Shown: positions 1 to 10,843 of the stretch, in pieces
Layout: each line of letters begins with the position of its first letter
Position numbering within the stretch: the stretch's first letter is position 1
Assembly: GCA_965204725.1 (NCBI GenBank)
Contig: OZ242005.1
Coordinates: 1,440,001 to 1,504,000, forward strand
DNA: 64,000 nt
DNA from: Candidatus Latescibacterota bacterium
Lineage (GTDB): Bacteria > Latescibacterota > UBA2968 > UBA8231
Reading direction: 5' to 3'
Program-made: the position numbers and the translations under genes
The notes under the pieces: generated by a model
What the model was told of the DNA's origin: nothing
The model's database searches: none
Seen by the model: the letters and a program-made list of their open reading frames with translations, nothing else

Positions 1-1210
1 ACATGTCCTCGTAGCCGCTTCGCAGGGCACCGGCCCGGAACCGCCAGACGATCAGGGCGATCAGGAGAACAGCGCTGCCCCATTGCAGGAACTGAATAGC
101 TGGCGAAAGGGAGGCGTCGAGGTTCACGGCAATCGTCAGCCCAGCGGCCAAAAGCAGCGCGTCGATCGCGATGCCGAGGACGACCGTCACCGCGATGACC
201 GCGGCGACGTAGATGGATGCGAAGCGGGAGCCGAACTGGCTGACGATAATCGCTATTGTGCCGGTGTTGGTGGCCGGCCCGGTCATGAGAAAGATCAGGG
301 CCGCGCCCGGGCTGACCCCCTTGGCAACCAGTGCGGCCGCGATCGGGGTACTGGCGGATGCACAGATATAGAGGGGAATGCCGATTAGCACCATGACGGG
401 ATAGGAGAGCCAGCGGGCATACTCGTTTGCCATCAAATCGCTCGGAACCACCAAAAAGAGCACTCCGCCCAGCGCGACCCCCACGAGCAGCGCGAAGAGA
501 ATATCGTCTGCTATCTCGACAAAGCCATAGCGAAAGACGTGCTTGACCAACTTCTTGAAGTCGAGCCCCGAATTGTCTAGGGGAACGTCGCCCGCAGCCG
601 GAGTGCGCCACCGGCCGGCTGCTAGGGCCAACTCCTTCAACCAGTTGACCAGCAATACCTTGAGTTGAGCGGGGCTGACGTAGCAATCGTCCCGATTGGA
701 CATGAGGGATTGGTGCGAGCCATGAGCGTGGTTGCAGTCGTAGCAGGGGTCGCCATCGCTCGCCTTGGTTGCGTCGCGGTCGTCCTTTATGAGGCCCATA
801 CAGAAAAGCCCGGCGACGACCGCGGTGATAAAGCTGATGATGGGCCGGACTAGGGCGACGACGAAGCCGAAAAAGGCGTTGGTGACCAAAATCGAGTCCG
901 CACCCGTCTCCGGCGCGGTTATCAGGAAGGACATGCAGGACGAACGGGACGCCCCCTTATTGCGCATCTCGGCGACTACGGGCACGACCGAACAACTACA
1001 CAGCGGCACCGGGACGCCAATAGCCGAGCTCGTGGCTACGGCCTTTAGGCTATCGTCGCGGAGCCAGCGGAGTATGGCTTGGCGGGAGATGAATACGTGG
1101 ATCAGGCCGGAAAGGAACAGCCCCAGCAACAGCATGGGTGCTAACAAGAGGAAGGACGACCAGAGGAAGTCGAAAAAACGGGCTAATATCCCCAAAAATT
1201 CAAAGGGCAC
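1..1210 (-). CDS. ArsP/DUF318 (SO_0444-like) metal permease, 3' end beyond window
   Basis: Translated by hand because it is absent from the ORF track (no stop in window). GTG at 1210 with AGGAGG RBS; motifs GVPVPLCSCSVVP and GIPLYICASASTPIAAALVAKG; central CYDCNHAHGSH loop. Confidence 0.85.
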   Translation of the reverse strand, partial: MPFEFLGILARFFDFLWSSFLLLAPMLLLGLFLSGLIHVFISRQAILRWLRDDSLKAVATSSAIGVPVPLCSCSVVPVVAEMRNKGASRSSCMSFLITAPETGADSILVTNAFFGFVVALVRPIISFITAVVAGLFCMGLIKDDRDATKASDGDPCYDCNHAHGSHQSLMSNRDDCYVSPAQLKVLLVNWLKELALAAGRWRTPAAGDVPLDNSGLDFKKLVKHVFRYGFVEIADDILFALLVGVALGGVLFLVVPSDLMANEYARWLSYPVMVLIGIPLYICASASTPIAAALVAKGVSPGAALIFLMTGPATNTGTIAIIVSQFGSRFASIYVAAVIAVTVVLGIAIDALLLAAGLTIAVNLDASLSPAIQFLQWGSAVLLIALIVWRFRAGALRSGYEDM

Positions 1211-1338
1211 TCCACAGCCTCCTAAGCATTGGATCGGGAGGTTCGGCAAAAGTCTGGCAGACGATGCTGAACTGCTTTGATTTAAGAAAGTAGGCATTGC
1301 CTAGTAAAGAGCAAGACTCGATGGAGAAAGGCGCAGGC

Positions 1339-1366
1339 TTGCTTTTTTGCTGTTGACCACTATACT
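1339..1366 (+). promoter_or_regulatory. putative sigma-70 promoter of leader-peptide/lipoprotein/TBDR operon
   Basis: TTGCTT-N16-TATACT just upstream of ATG 1379. A palindrome TAGGCATTGCCTA at 1291-1303 lies in the same divergent intergenic region. Confidence 0.45.
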
Positions 1367-1378
1367 CAATACAAGGTC

Positions 1379-1693
1379 ATGCTAACGCGCAAAACAGACA
1401 TCTCGACGCGCTCGGCGCACTCGCTGGGCCTGCTGGTGCTGACCGTGCTCTTTGCCGCTGTCATCGTCGGCTTGCCCTTCGGCCACCAGCTTTGCCACGA
1501 GAGCCTCGTCGAGCCTGAGGACTGTCCAGCCGGCCTGTTGCAGAGCGGCTTGTCGCTCCTTTTTTGGGGCCTGCCGCTCGTGCTCGTGGCCCTAAACGCC
1601 GCTGCGCTAGGCCCGGCTACTCCGCGCACAGTACCCCTGCCCCTTTTTCACCCGCGCTTTACCTATTTCAACCGCGGTCCGCCCCGGTGCTAG
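1379..1693 (+). CDS. DUF2946/CruR-like leader peptide with C-terminal RGPP motif
   Basis: 104 aa; two hydrophobic segments flank HQLCH...DCPA; Pro-rich tail ending NRGPPRC; sits directly upstream of a TBDR operon. Confidence 0.65.
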   Translation: MLTRKTDISTRSAHSLGLLVLTVLFAAVIVGLPFGHQLCHESLVEPEDCPAGLLQSGLSLLFWGLPLVLVALNAAALGPATPRTVPLPLFHPRFTYFNRGPPRC

Positions 1694-1799
1694 TGCATCC
1701 ACGCGCAGTGCGTGGGTGCCCCTCTCCACATCCATATTCATTAAATCCTCGTTCTGCGTACAACGCGCAGTACGGGTTAAACCATTGGAGACTAGCACC

Positions 1800-2354
1800 A
1801 TGCTTAAAAACACATTTGCATTGGGCATCTTTGCCCTTGCGCTCTTTATTGCGGGCTGCGGCGACGACGACAATCCCGTCGATGCCAACGAAGAAGAACA
1901 CGCCGAAGCCTTCGGCCTGATTATTCTCAGCAGCGGCGAGGAGATCGTCCGCTACGAGAACGGCGAGGTCACAGGCGAAATCGAAGTGGGCCACGGCTTG
2001 GAAACGGCCCTGCTGTCCGTGCGCTTTATCGCCGAAGACGGCGACCTCTTCACCCCAGACCCGGCCGATGGCTTCGCCCTTGGCTGGGAAATTGCCGACG
2101 AGAGCATCGCCGAAGTCGAGCATCACGCCGAAGACGGTGCTTGGGCTTTTCACATCGTCGGCTTGGAGGAGGGCCAGACGACCATCGTCCTCAAAATCAA
2201 CCACGGAGGCCACGCCGACTTCGTCTCTAAAGACATCGAAATCCACGTCGAAGAAGGCGGTCCGGGCTCTGAAGCCTCGCACGACGATGAGCACGATGAC
2301 GAGCACGACGATGAGCACGACGATGAGCACGACGATGAGCACGATGACGAGTAG
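1800..2354 (+). CDS. acidic, His-rich lipoprotein (putative metal binding)
   Basis: Start trimmed to ATG 1800 (MLKNTFALGIFALALFIAG-C lipobox); EEEHAE, HGGHADF and a C-terminal (HDDE)6. Confidence 0.8.
   Translation: MLKNTFALGIFALALFIAGCGDDDNPVDANEEEHAEAFGLIILSSGEEIVRYENGEVTGEIEVGHGLETALLSVRFIAEDGDLFTPDPADGFALGWEIADESIAEVEHHAEDGAWAFHIVGLEEGQTTIVLKINHGGHADFVSKDIEIHVEEGGPGSEASHDDEHDDEHDDEHDDEHDDEHDDE
2280..2351 (+). repeat. 6 x 12-bp tandem repeat CACGAYGAYGAG encoding HDDE
   Basis: Read directly; ends at the TAG stop (2352-2354). Confidence 0.95.
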
Positions 2355-4638
2355 GACGTGCGTCTCAACATCCTGCTCATCTCGGTACGCTAATTGTCGA
2401 AGCGCGCACTCGTCGCGGTGCGGAGCTTGTCGATGCGTCCGTTGCCTCGTAGCACTTTTCCTCTCGAGCTTGGCGATAGGCCCCGCCTCTGGCGCCCAGA
2501 CTGGCTCGCTAGCCGGCCGCACAATCAACGCCGAAAGCGGCCAGCCCGTCGGTTGGGCTACCGTCGTTATCGAGGGGCTCGACCGAGCGCGGACTAGCGA
2601 CGCTGAGGGGGCCTTCTTCTTCGCCAACGTACCGCCCGGCGCACACATCCTGCAAAGCCTACACGTCGGCTACCGCGAGGCGCGCTTTAAGGTTGAGGTC
2701 GTCGCCGGCGATACCGCGCATGTCGAACTCGCCCTCGGCTACGAGTCTCTGCATCTAGAGGCTATCGTGGTCGAGGGCGAAGCCGTGCTGATGCCGCTAC
2801 AGGAGCCTGAAGTCGTCTTCAGCGGCAGCAAACTGCGCCAGAATTTGAGCCGCACCATCGCCGAGACCATCGCCGGCGAGCCGGGCATTGCCCAACGCAC
2901 GATGGGGCCCGCGCCCGCGCGTCCGGTGCTGCGCGGGCTAGGCGGCGATCGCTTGCTAATACTCGAAGACAGCGAGCGCACCGGCGATTTGTCCGGTACT
3001 TCCTCGGACCATGCGGTGGCTATCGAGCCGATGACAACCGAGCGCATCGAGATCGTGCGCGGCCCCCGCACCTTGCTCTACGGTTCCAACGCTTTGGGTG
3101 GGGTCGTCAACGTGGTGCGAGGGTACGTGCCCTCCGAGCAGCCCGCTGGCTTAGGCGGCTCGGCGACCTATCAAGGGGAGAGCGTCAACCGAGGTTTGTC
3201 CGGCGGCCTGACCCTCGAACAGGTGCTCGGCCCACTGGCCCTGCGCTTGGACAGCAGTCTGCGCAATGCCGACGATATCGCCACCCCACGCGGGGTGCTC
3301 GCCAATACGGACCTCCGCACGGGCAATACTTCGGCCGGCCTAAGTCTGGTCCAGCCTTGGGGGTATCTGGGTGCGTCCGGCAGTCTGTATATCTCCGATT
3401 ACGGCATTCCCCCCGACCCGGAGGGCGCCCACCCAGACGGCGTATCCATCGATCTCCAACGCCAGCATCTCGTTGGTCGCGGCGAAATTTTCGCCGGGCC
3501 GGCTTGGCTCCAACGCCTAGTGCTGCACCACTCGTTTTCGCGTTATCAGCACGGCGAATTCGAGGCGAGTGGCGACTTGGGCTTAGAGTACGGTGTGCTC
3601 ACGCACAACAGCGGTGCTCTGGCCCACTTAGAGCGCATGGGGCCTTTTGCAAACGGCGAGGTCGGTCTGTGGTACGAGTACCGCAACTATGCCGAGGCCG
3701 GTTTGACCTACACGCCGCCGGCCGAAGAATACGCCGGTGCTTTGTTTGTGTATCAGGAGTGGGCGAGAACACGGTGGGAGGTCAATGGTGCCCTGCGAAT
3801 TGATGCCCGCCGCGTCGAGCCGCGTGCGGAGCGCACCTCGCACAGTGTCGGCCGCATTGAGACGCGCGACTTTGCCGGTATGTCCGCTGGCCTATCCAAC
3901 CACTATCGCCCCAGCCCGACCGTGACGCTGGGCGCGACCTTGATGCGCACCTTTCGCGCCCCTCGCATCGAAGAGCTATTCGCCGAGGGACCACATTTGG
4001 CTGTCTATTCGTACGAGGTGGGCAATGGGGCCCTCGACAGCGAACGCGGCTTGGGACTGGAGCTATTCGCCGACTACCACCACGAAGAGGGCCATTTGCA
4101 CTTGGCCGTCTTCCGCAACGCCATTGACGGGTACATTTTCCCCAAGAACAGCGGCGAGCGCAGTCTGCGGCGCGCCGATCTGTTTCTCTACCGGACTGTG
4201 GGGGAGCGCGTCCTCATGCACGGCGTCGAAGCCAACTTCGCTTGGCATTTGGCGGCCCGGTGGAAGGGGGCTGGTAGCCTCAGCTATGTGCGCGGTCACC
4301 TCATCGACCGCAACGACGAACCCCTGCCGCGTCTGCCGCCCCTGCAAGGGCATCTGAGCCTGACCTGCGAACCCACCGAGGCATTGAGCGCGACCATTGC
4401 GCTGCGCCTCGCTGCACAGCAGAACCGGCTCGGCGAGTTTGAAAAGCCTACGGAGGGCTACGCGGTCTTGGATTTTTCGAGCCAGTACTACGCGCAGTGG
4501 GGGGGGCGTCTGCACACCTTTTCCCTGACCTTAGAAAACGCCACCAACGCGGTGTACCGCAACCACCTCAACCGCGTCAAGGAAATCCTGCCCGAGCCGG
4601 GCCGCAACCTGCGCCTGCTGCACAAGATCTTCTTCTGA
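2344..4638 (+). CDS. TonB-dependent receptor (ZnuD-like metal transporter), start uncertain
   Basis: N-terminal carboxypeptidase-regulatory-like segment, plug motifs RPVLRG and ERIEIVRGP...LLYGSNALGGVVNV, SDHAV, EGPH, C-terminal LEN...PGRN...F. The in-frame ATG at 2344 was chosen (see finding). Confidence 0.88.
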   Translation: MTSRTCVSTSCSSRYANCRSAHSSRCGACRCVRCLVALFLSSLAIGPASGAQTGSLAGRTINAESGQPVGWATVVIEGLDRARTSDAEGAFFFANVPPGAHILQSLHVGYREARFKVEVVAGDTAHVELALGYESLHLEAIVVEGEAVLMPLQEPEVVFSGSKLRQNLSRTIAETIAGEPGIAQRTMGPAPARPVLRGLGGDRLLILEDSERTGDLSGTSSDHAVAIEPMTTERIEIVRGPRTLLYGSNALGGVVNVVRGYVPSEQPAGLGGSATYQGESVNRGLSGGLTLEQVLGPLALRLDSSLRNADDIATPRGVLANTDLRTGNTSAGLSLVQPWGYLGASGSLYISDYGIPPDPEGAHPDGVSIDLQRQHLVGRGEIFAGPAWLQRLVLHHSFSRYQHGEFEASGDLGLEYGVLTHNSGALAHLERMGPFANGEVGLWYEYRNYAEAGLTYTPPAEEYAGALFVYQEWARTRWEVNGALRIDARRVEPRAERTSHSVGRIETRDFAGMSAGLSNHYRPSPTVTLGATLMRTFRAPRIEELFAEGPHLAVYSYEVGNGALDSERGLGLELFADYHHEEGHLHLAVFRNAIDGYIFPKNSGERSLRRADLFLYRTVGERVLMHGVEANFAWHLAARWKGAGSLSYVRGHLIDRNDEPLPRLPPLQGHLSLTCEPTEALSATIALRLAAQQNRLGEFEKPTEGYAVLDFSSQYYAQWGGRLHTFSLTLENATNAVYRNHLNRVKEILPEPGRNLRLLHKIFF

Positions 4639-4711
4639 GCTGAAGCATACCGCTTCTGGCGGGTACGGAGGCTCAGGCTAAACGGGGATACGCCCGAAAG
4701 GTACAGCAGCG

Positions 4712-5344
4712 TTACTTGAGCACCGCCACGGCCGCGCCTAAGGCCGTGACGAGGATGCTGGTGCAGGCGATGAGCATGGCCATCAGCCGTGCGTAGCGCG
4801 AATCGAGTTGTTTGGCTAAGTCGTTGATGCGCTCGTCGGTCTGGTCAAAGCGCCGGTTGGTCTCGGTGCGCGCCTCGTCGAATCGTGCGTTGGTCTCGGA
4901 GCGTAGTTCGTCGATGCGTTTATTGGTCTGGTCGAATCGCGTATTCGTCTCGGAGCGTAGTTCGTCGATGCGTTTATTGGTCTGGTCGAATCGCGTGTTC
5001 GTCTCGGTGTGCGCCTCGTCAAAGCGCCCGTTGGTCTCGGTGTACGCTTTGTCAATGCGCCCGCTCATCTCGGTGCGCACCTCGTTGATGCGCTCATTAG
5101 TCTGGTCGAATCGCGTATTCGTCTCGGTACGCGCCTCGTCGATGCGCCCGTTGGTCTGGTCGAATCGCGTATTCATCTCGGTGCGCACCTCGTTGATGCG
5201 CCCGCTCATCTCGGTTCGGAGTTCGTCAATGCGCTCATTGGTCTGGCGCACATCTTGACGCACATCCTGAATATCCTCGCGCAGGAAGCTGAGAGCGAGC
5301 GTGGATTCCGTCGGCTGGACGGGGTGGGGCTGCTGCTCGGCCAT
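4712..5344 (-). CDS. coiled-coil repeat protein with C-terminal membrane anchor (DUF1640/CCDC90-like)
   Basis: 7/11-residue repeats RFDQTNxRIDExRTETNx; hydrophobic C-terminus; GAGG RBS. Confidence 0.75.
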   Translation of the reverse strand: MAEQQPHPVQPTESTLALSFLREDIQDVRQDVRQTNERIDELRTEMSGRINEVRTEMNTRFDQTNGRIDEARTETNTRFDQTNERINEVRTEMSGRIDKAYTETNGRFDEAHTETNTRFDQTNKRIDELRSETNTRFDQTNKRIDELRSETNARFDEARTETNRRFDQTDERINDLAKQLDSRYARLMAMLIACTSILVTALGAAVAVLK

Positions 5345-5506
5345 GAGAAGGTCCTCTTTGGGTTAAAGGTAAGCACTCGCCCTCTACAAGCAAAAAGCAG
5401 GCCATGCCGAGTTGGCTACCCGTTCTCTCCTCTATCAGCAGTGTGCGGTGTGTCTGGGTGGAAACGACGCTGTTTCTCCGAGGCAACACGCCCCTTCAAT
5501 TAGCAC

Positions 5507-5812
5507 TCAACGCCCCGGTTGCCACTCGTTGAGTGTGCGGGCGAAGAGGATATCCGAGCGGGTGACGGCCCCTTCGCTGTGGGTTGTTACGGCGACGGCA
5601 ATGGTGCGCTTGCCGGTATCCAAGGAGAAGTCGGGATGGTGGTTCTGCTCGGTGATGGTGCGGGTCAGGTGGTTGAGGAACGAGGTGATGTCCTTGAAGT
5701 TGGCAAAGACGAAGTCGCACGAGATGATGATGCCGTCGCGACGCCATCCGGCGAGCGTTTGCAATTCGGCATCTACTTGGGCGGCGGTGAGGGTGGTTTT
5801 GTCTTCGGTCAT
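5507..5812 (-). CDS. pterin-4-alpha-carbinolamine dehydratase
   Basis: 101 aa; EQNHHPD and TTHSEGAVTRSD motifs; GAGGAG RBS. Confidence 0.88.
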   Translation of the reverse strand: MTEDKTTLTAAQVDAELQTLAGWRRDGIIISCDFVFANFKDITSFLNHLTRTITEQNHHPDFSLDTGKRTIAVAVTTHSEGAVTRSDILFARTLNEWQPGR

Positions 5813-5874
5813 GGCGGATAGGCTCCTCGTTGAGATGGTTGGGATGTGCTGGAATATCCGAATTATATAAAAAG

Positions 5875-5907
5875 AAAGCGGGCGGGATGAAACACCCCGC
5901 CCGCTTT
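5875..5907 (-). terminator. intrinsic terminator of groESL
   Basis: AAAGCGGGCGGG-9 nt loop-CCCGCCCGCTTT hairpin with a T-rich tail on the - strand, about 20 nt after the groEL stop. Confidence 0.85.
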
Positions 5908-5928
5908 TGCGCGTTGGTCAAGCGTCCC

Positions 5929-7867
<1,939 letters not shown>

Positions 7868-7913
7868 GATTGGCTCCTCCTCTTTGTATGGTTAAAATGG
7901 CTACGGAATGCTA

Positions 7914-7930
7914 TGCAAAGTTCGTGCCAA
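7914..7930 (-). promoter_or_regulatory. sigma-54 (-24/-12) promoter of groESL
   Basis: The - strand reads TTGGCACGAACTTTGCA, an exact TGGCAC-N5-TTGCA match. An IHF-like site TATAAAGAACTTA (one mismatch to WATCAANNNNTTR) lies at 7959-7971. Confidence 0.8.
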
Positions 7931-8140
7931 AGGACAAAATTTTTGCTAGTGTTTTGTTTATAAAGAACTTACGACGATCCGCGCCGCGCCGCCGCAAACG
8001 GAAATTTTCCCGTATTGATAATATATCTAAAAAAAATGGGATAAAACATAGGTAAGTGTATTAAAAATAATTTATTGCGGTATTTTCTCTGAATGACAAT
8101 GAGAAGGGTTGATTCTCATTATGAAAGTGGTTGCAGGATA

Positions 8141-8923
8141 ATGAACTGGGATGACCAACGCGTCGTGCTGACTGGGGCCAGTAGCGGCATCGGGCGCGCC
8201 TTGGCCCTCGTGCTGGCCGAGCGCGGGGCGCGCTTGGCATTGGTGGCGCGCCGCGCCGAGGCGCTAGCGGCGTTGGGGACGGCCATTGAAAAAGGGGGCG
8301 GCCGCCAGCCGCTAGTGGTGCCGTGCGACGTAGGCGATCTGACCCAAGTTGATGCGTTGTACGCCGAGGTGGAGGCGCGCTGGGGCGGGGCCGACGTGCT
8401 GATCAACAACGCGGGTCGGGGGTATTACAACTCCTTTGCCGACGCGGAGATACGCGAATGCGCGGCCGTGGTGCAAACGAACCTGCTCGGCGTCATCTAC
8501 TGCACCCGGGCCTTTCTGCCGGGCATGCTGGCGCAAGGGCGGGGTCGGTTGGTCTTCATCTCGAGTGTGGCCGGCGAATTCCCCGTGCCCAAGCACGCCG
8601 TGTACAGCGCGACAAAATTCGCAGTGAGCGGCTTGGCCGAGAGCCTCGACTACGAACTGGCGCCCCAAGGCATTGGCGTCCACCTCGTGGAGCCGGGCTT
8701 GGTGCATACGGAGTTTGCCGCGCGGGCGGGCACGAAGCACTTACCAGTGCAGCAAAAGTTCGCCAAGTCGGCCGAGGAAGTGGGCAAAGCCATCGCCGAT
8801 GCCGTGGCCGCAGACAAGCACAAGAGCGTTCCCGACGCGGCCGCGCATCTACTGATCAAACTGCGCCAGCACCTGCCTCGCTTGACGCGATTCGCTTTTA
8901 AGAGGGTCTGCCGCAGGCTCTAG
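8141..8923 (+). CDS. short-chain dehydrogenase/reductase (SDR)
   Basis: TGASSGIG, NNAG, YSATK; start trimmed to ATG 8141. Confidence 0.92.
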   Translation: MNWDDQRVVLTGASSGIGRALALVLAERGARLALVARRAEALAALGTAIEKGGGRQPLVVPCDVGDLTQVDALYAEVEARWGGADVLINNAGRGYYNSFADAEIRECAAVVQTNLLGVIYCTRAFLPGMLAQGRGRLVFISSVAGEFPVPKHAVYSATKFAVSGLAESLDYELAPQGIGVHLVEPGLVHTEFAARAGTKHLPVQQKFAKSAEEVGKAIADAVAADKHKSVPDAAAHLLIKLRQHLPRLTRFAFKRVCRRL

Positions 8924-8927
8924 CCCG

Positions 8928-9710
8928 TCACTGCGCGGTGTACCCGCCATCGACGACGAGGGTGGCCCCGGTGGTAAAGCCGGATGCTTCCGCGGCAAAG
9001 TAGAGGACGGCCGTGGCCAACTCGGCCGGGTCGCCCCAGCGGGCCATGGGGACCTTGGACTGCATTTCTCGCGCCTTGGCCGGGTCTTGCAGCAAGGGGG
9101 CGTTGAGCGGAGTGCTAAAGGGGCCGGGGCAGATGGCGTTGACGGTGATGCCGTGCGGTGCCCATTCGAGGGCGAGGGTCTTGGTGAGCTGGACTATGCC
9201 GCCCTTGCTCGAGGCATAGGGTGTGCGGTGGGCGATTGAGACCTGCGACACGGTAGATCCGAGGTTGATGACGCGGCCATAGCCGCGCTCGATCATCTGC
9301 GGCCCCACGGCTCGGCAATAGTACATCGGGCCGGTGAGGTTGATGGCGAGGACCGCGTCCCAGTCCTCGTCTCGTAACTCGACGATCGGGCTGCGGATGT
9401 TAATGCCGGCGTTGTTGACTAGAATGTCGATAGGCCCTAAAGCCTTGTTGGTTTGGGCGACCGAGGCTTCCACTTGGGCGCGGTCGGCCGCGTCGGCTTG
9501 GAAGGCGAGCACGCGGCCGTTGGTGTGGCCCCTGATTTGCGCGGCCGCCGCGCGGGCCTCTGCTGCATTGCGACTGGTCAGGGCCACGTCGGCGCCGGCC
9601 CCGGACAGCGCGCCGGCCAGGGCTTGTCCGAGGCCCTTGCTGCCGCCCGTCACCAGAGCCGTGCGCCCCTTGAGGCTGAAGAGGTCGAGCGAGGAGGGCG
9701 GCAGCATCAC
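8928..9710 (-). CDS. SDR oxidoreductase (gluconate 5-dehydrogenase/KduD-like)
   Basis: TGGSKGLG, NNAG, YASSK, VDGGYTA. Confidence 0.92.
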   Translation of the reverse strand: MMLPPSSLDLFSLKGRTALVTGGSKGLGQALAGALSGAGADVALTSRNAAEARAAAAQIRGHTNGRVLAFQADAADRAQVEASVAQTNKALGPIDILVNNAGINIRSPIVELRDEDWDAVLAINLTGPMYYCRAVGPQMIERGYGRVINLGSTVSQVSIAHRTPYASSKGGIVQLTKTLALEWAPHGITVNAICPGPFSTPLNAPLLQDPAKAREMQSKVPMARWGDPAELATAVLYFAAEASGFTTGATLVVDGGYTAQ

Positions 9711-9973
9711 GGCGGGGACCAGCCTTCGGCTTCGACCATGGACTTGGCGAGGTCGCCCAACTCGGCCACGAGGTCGCCTTGGTCTTGGGCGCGGGCCTTA
9801 TGGGTGATCTGCATGGTGAGGGCGATGAGGCCCAAGCCGAAAATTCGCTGCAAGCTCTGCGGCGAGTCGGGTTCGAGGTCGGGAATCAGCTCGGACAGGC
9901 GGTTGAGCAGGTCGCGGTGCTCAGCGGGAATTTCAATGACTTCCAAGGACATAGCGTTCAAAGAATAACCCAT
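9707..9973 (-). CDS. small hypothetical protein (start may be 9952)
   Basis: Fills the gap in the operon; its stop overlaps the SDR start; no recognised motif. Confidence 0.6.
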   Translation of the reverse strand: MGYSLNAMSLEVIEIPAEHRDLLNRLSELIPDLEPDSPQSLQRIFGLGLIALTMQITHKARAQDQGDLVAELGDLAKSMVEAEGWSPP

Positions 9974-9997
9974 GCCCCAACCGGGGGCAATGCTCGC

Positions 9998-10843
9998 CTA
10001 GGCTTCGAGGGCGACAAAGGATTCGCCATCTTGGGCAATGCGGCTCCACGGCGCGTCGGGGTCGTGATCCCAAGCCACGATCCACCCTTGGGCCGCGGCC
10101 TCTGCGGCCAAGCGCTGCTTGCGGGTCGCGGTTTGGTAGGGGAGCATGTCGTAGGCCATGTTCCAATAGGGCCGGAGGTGGAGGCGCGTGGGAATCAGAT
10201 CGCCGGGATAGACGAGGGTGGGGCCGCCGGTCGCAAAGCGAAAGCCCTGATGGGCGCGGGTGTGCCCGCCGGTGACAAAGGCCGCCAGCCCGGGGACCAA
10301 TTCGCTGTCGCCGTTGAGGAAGCGCATTTCAACGTGGCGGGCGAGGGCATGCAATTCCTCGGGCCGATAGCTGCTGCGCATGGTGCTGCGGCCGGCTAAG
10401 GCATCGTCCCACTCGCCGCGCTGGACCGCGTGGACGGCGTTGGGAAACAGCGGTGCCCACTCGCCGCCTTGCTCGACGAGGCCGCCAGAGAAGTGGTCAA
10501 AATGCAGGTGGGTAAGCGCGACCAAGGTGATGTCGGTGGGCTGCACACCGGCCGCGGCCAGCGAGCCGCGCAGGGTTGAATGGCCGTCCAACCCCATGCC
10601 ATAGATCGCTCGCTCCCGCGCTGAGTAGCGCTCGCCGAATCCAGTATCGAGGAGGATGCGTTCGCGTGCGGTGTTGATCAGCAAGCAGTTGCAGGCAAGG
10701 CGGATGCGGTTGTGTTCATCCGGGGGGCATGCGCGTTGCCACAGGGCCTTGGGCACCACGCCGAACATGGTCCCCCCGTCGAGGCGAAAGTCGCCGCCGG
10801 GCAGGTGAACGGCCTCGGCCTCGCCTAGGGATACGCGACGCAT
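9998..10843 (-). CDS. metallo-beta-lactamase fold hydrolase (YtnP-like)
   Basis: LDGGTMFGVVPK, THLHFDH, GHT, GDLIP motifs. Confidence 0.92.
   Translation of the reverse strand: MRRVSLGEAEAVHLPGGDFRLDGGTMFGVVPKALWQRACPPDEHNRIRLACNCLLINTARERILLDTGFGERYSARERAIYGMGLDGHSTLRGSLAAAGVQPTDITLVALTHLHFDHFSGGLVEQGGEWAPLFPNAVHAVQRGEWDDALAGRSTMRSSYRPEELHALARHVEMRFLNGDSELVPGLAAFVTGGHTRAHQGFRFATGGPTLVYPGDLIPTRLHLRPYWNMAYDMLPYQTATRKQRLAAEAAAQGWIVAWDHDPDAPWSRIAQDGESFVALEA

Noticed and set aside
83-1280. + strand ORFs 83..388, 665..853 and 765..1280
   Set aside because: They are antisense to the permease, which has clear family motifs and an RBS.
2068-2343. TBDR N-terminal extension with (TTMS)n
   Set aside because: It is an alternate-frame reading of the lipoprotein's HDDE repeat.
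5369-5508. CIRCE elements near groEL (TTAGCACTC at 5500-5508; TAAGCACTC at ~5370)
   Set aside because: Half-sites only, without the partner at N9, and downstream of groEL.
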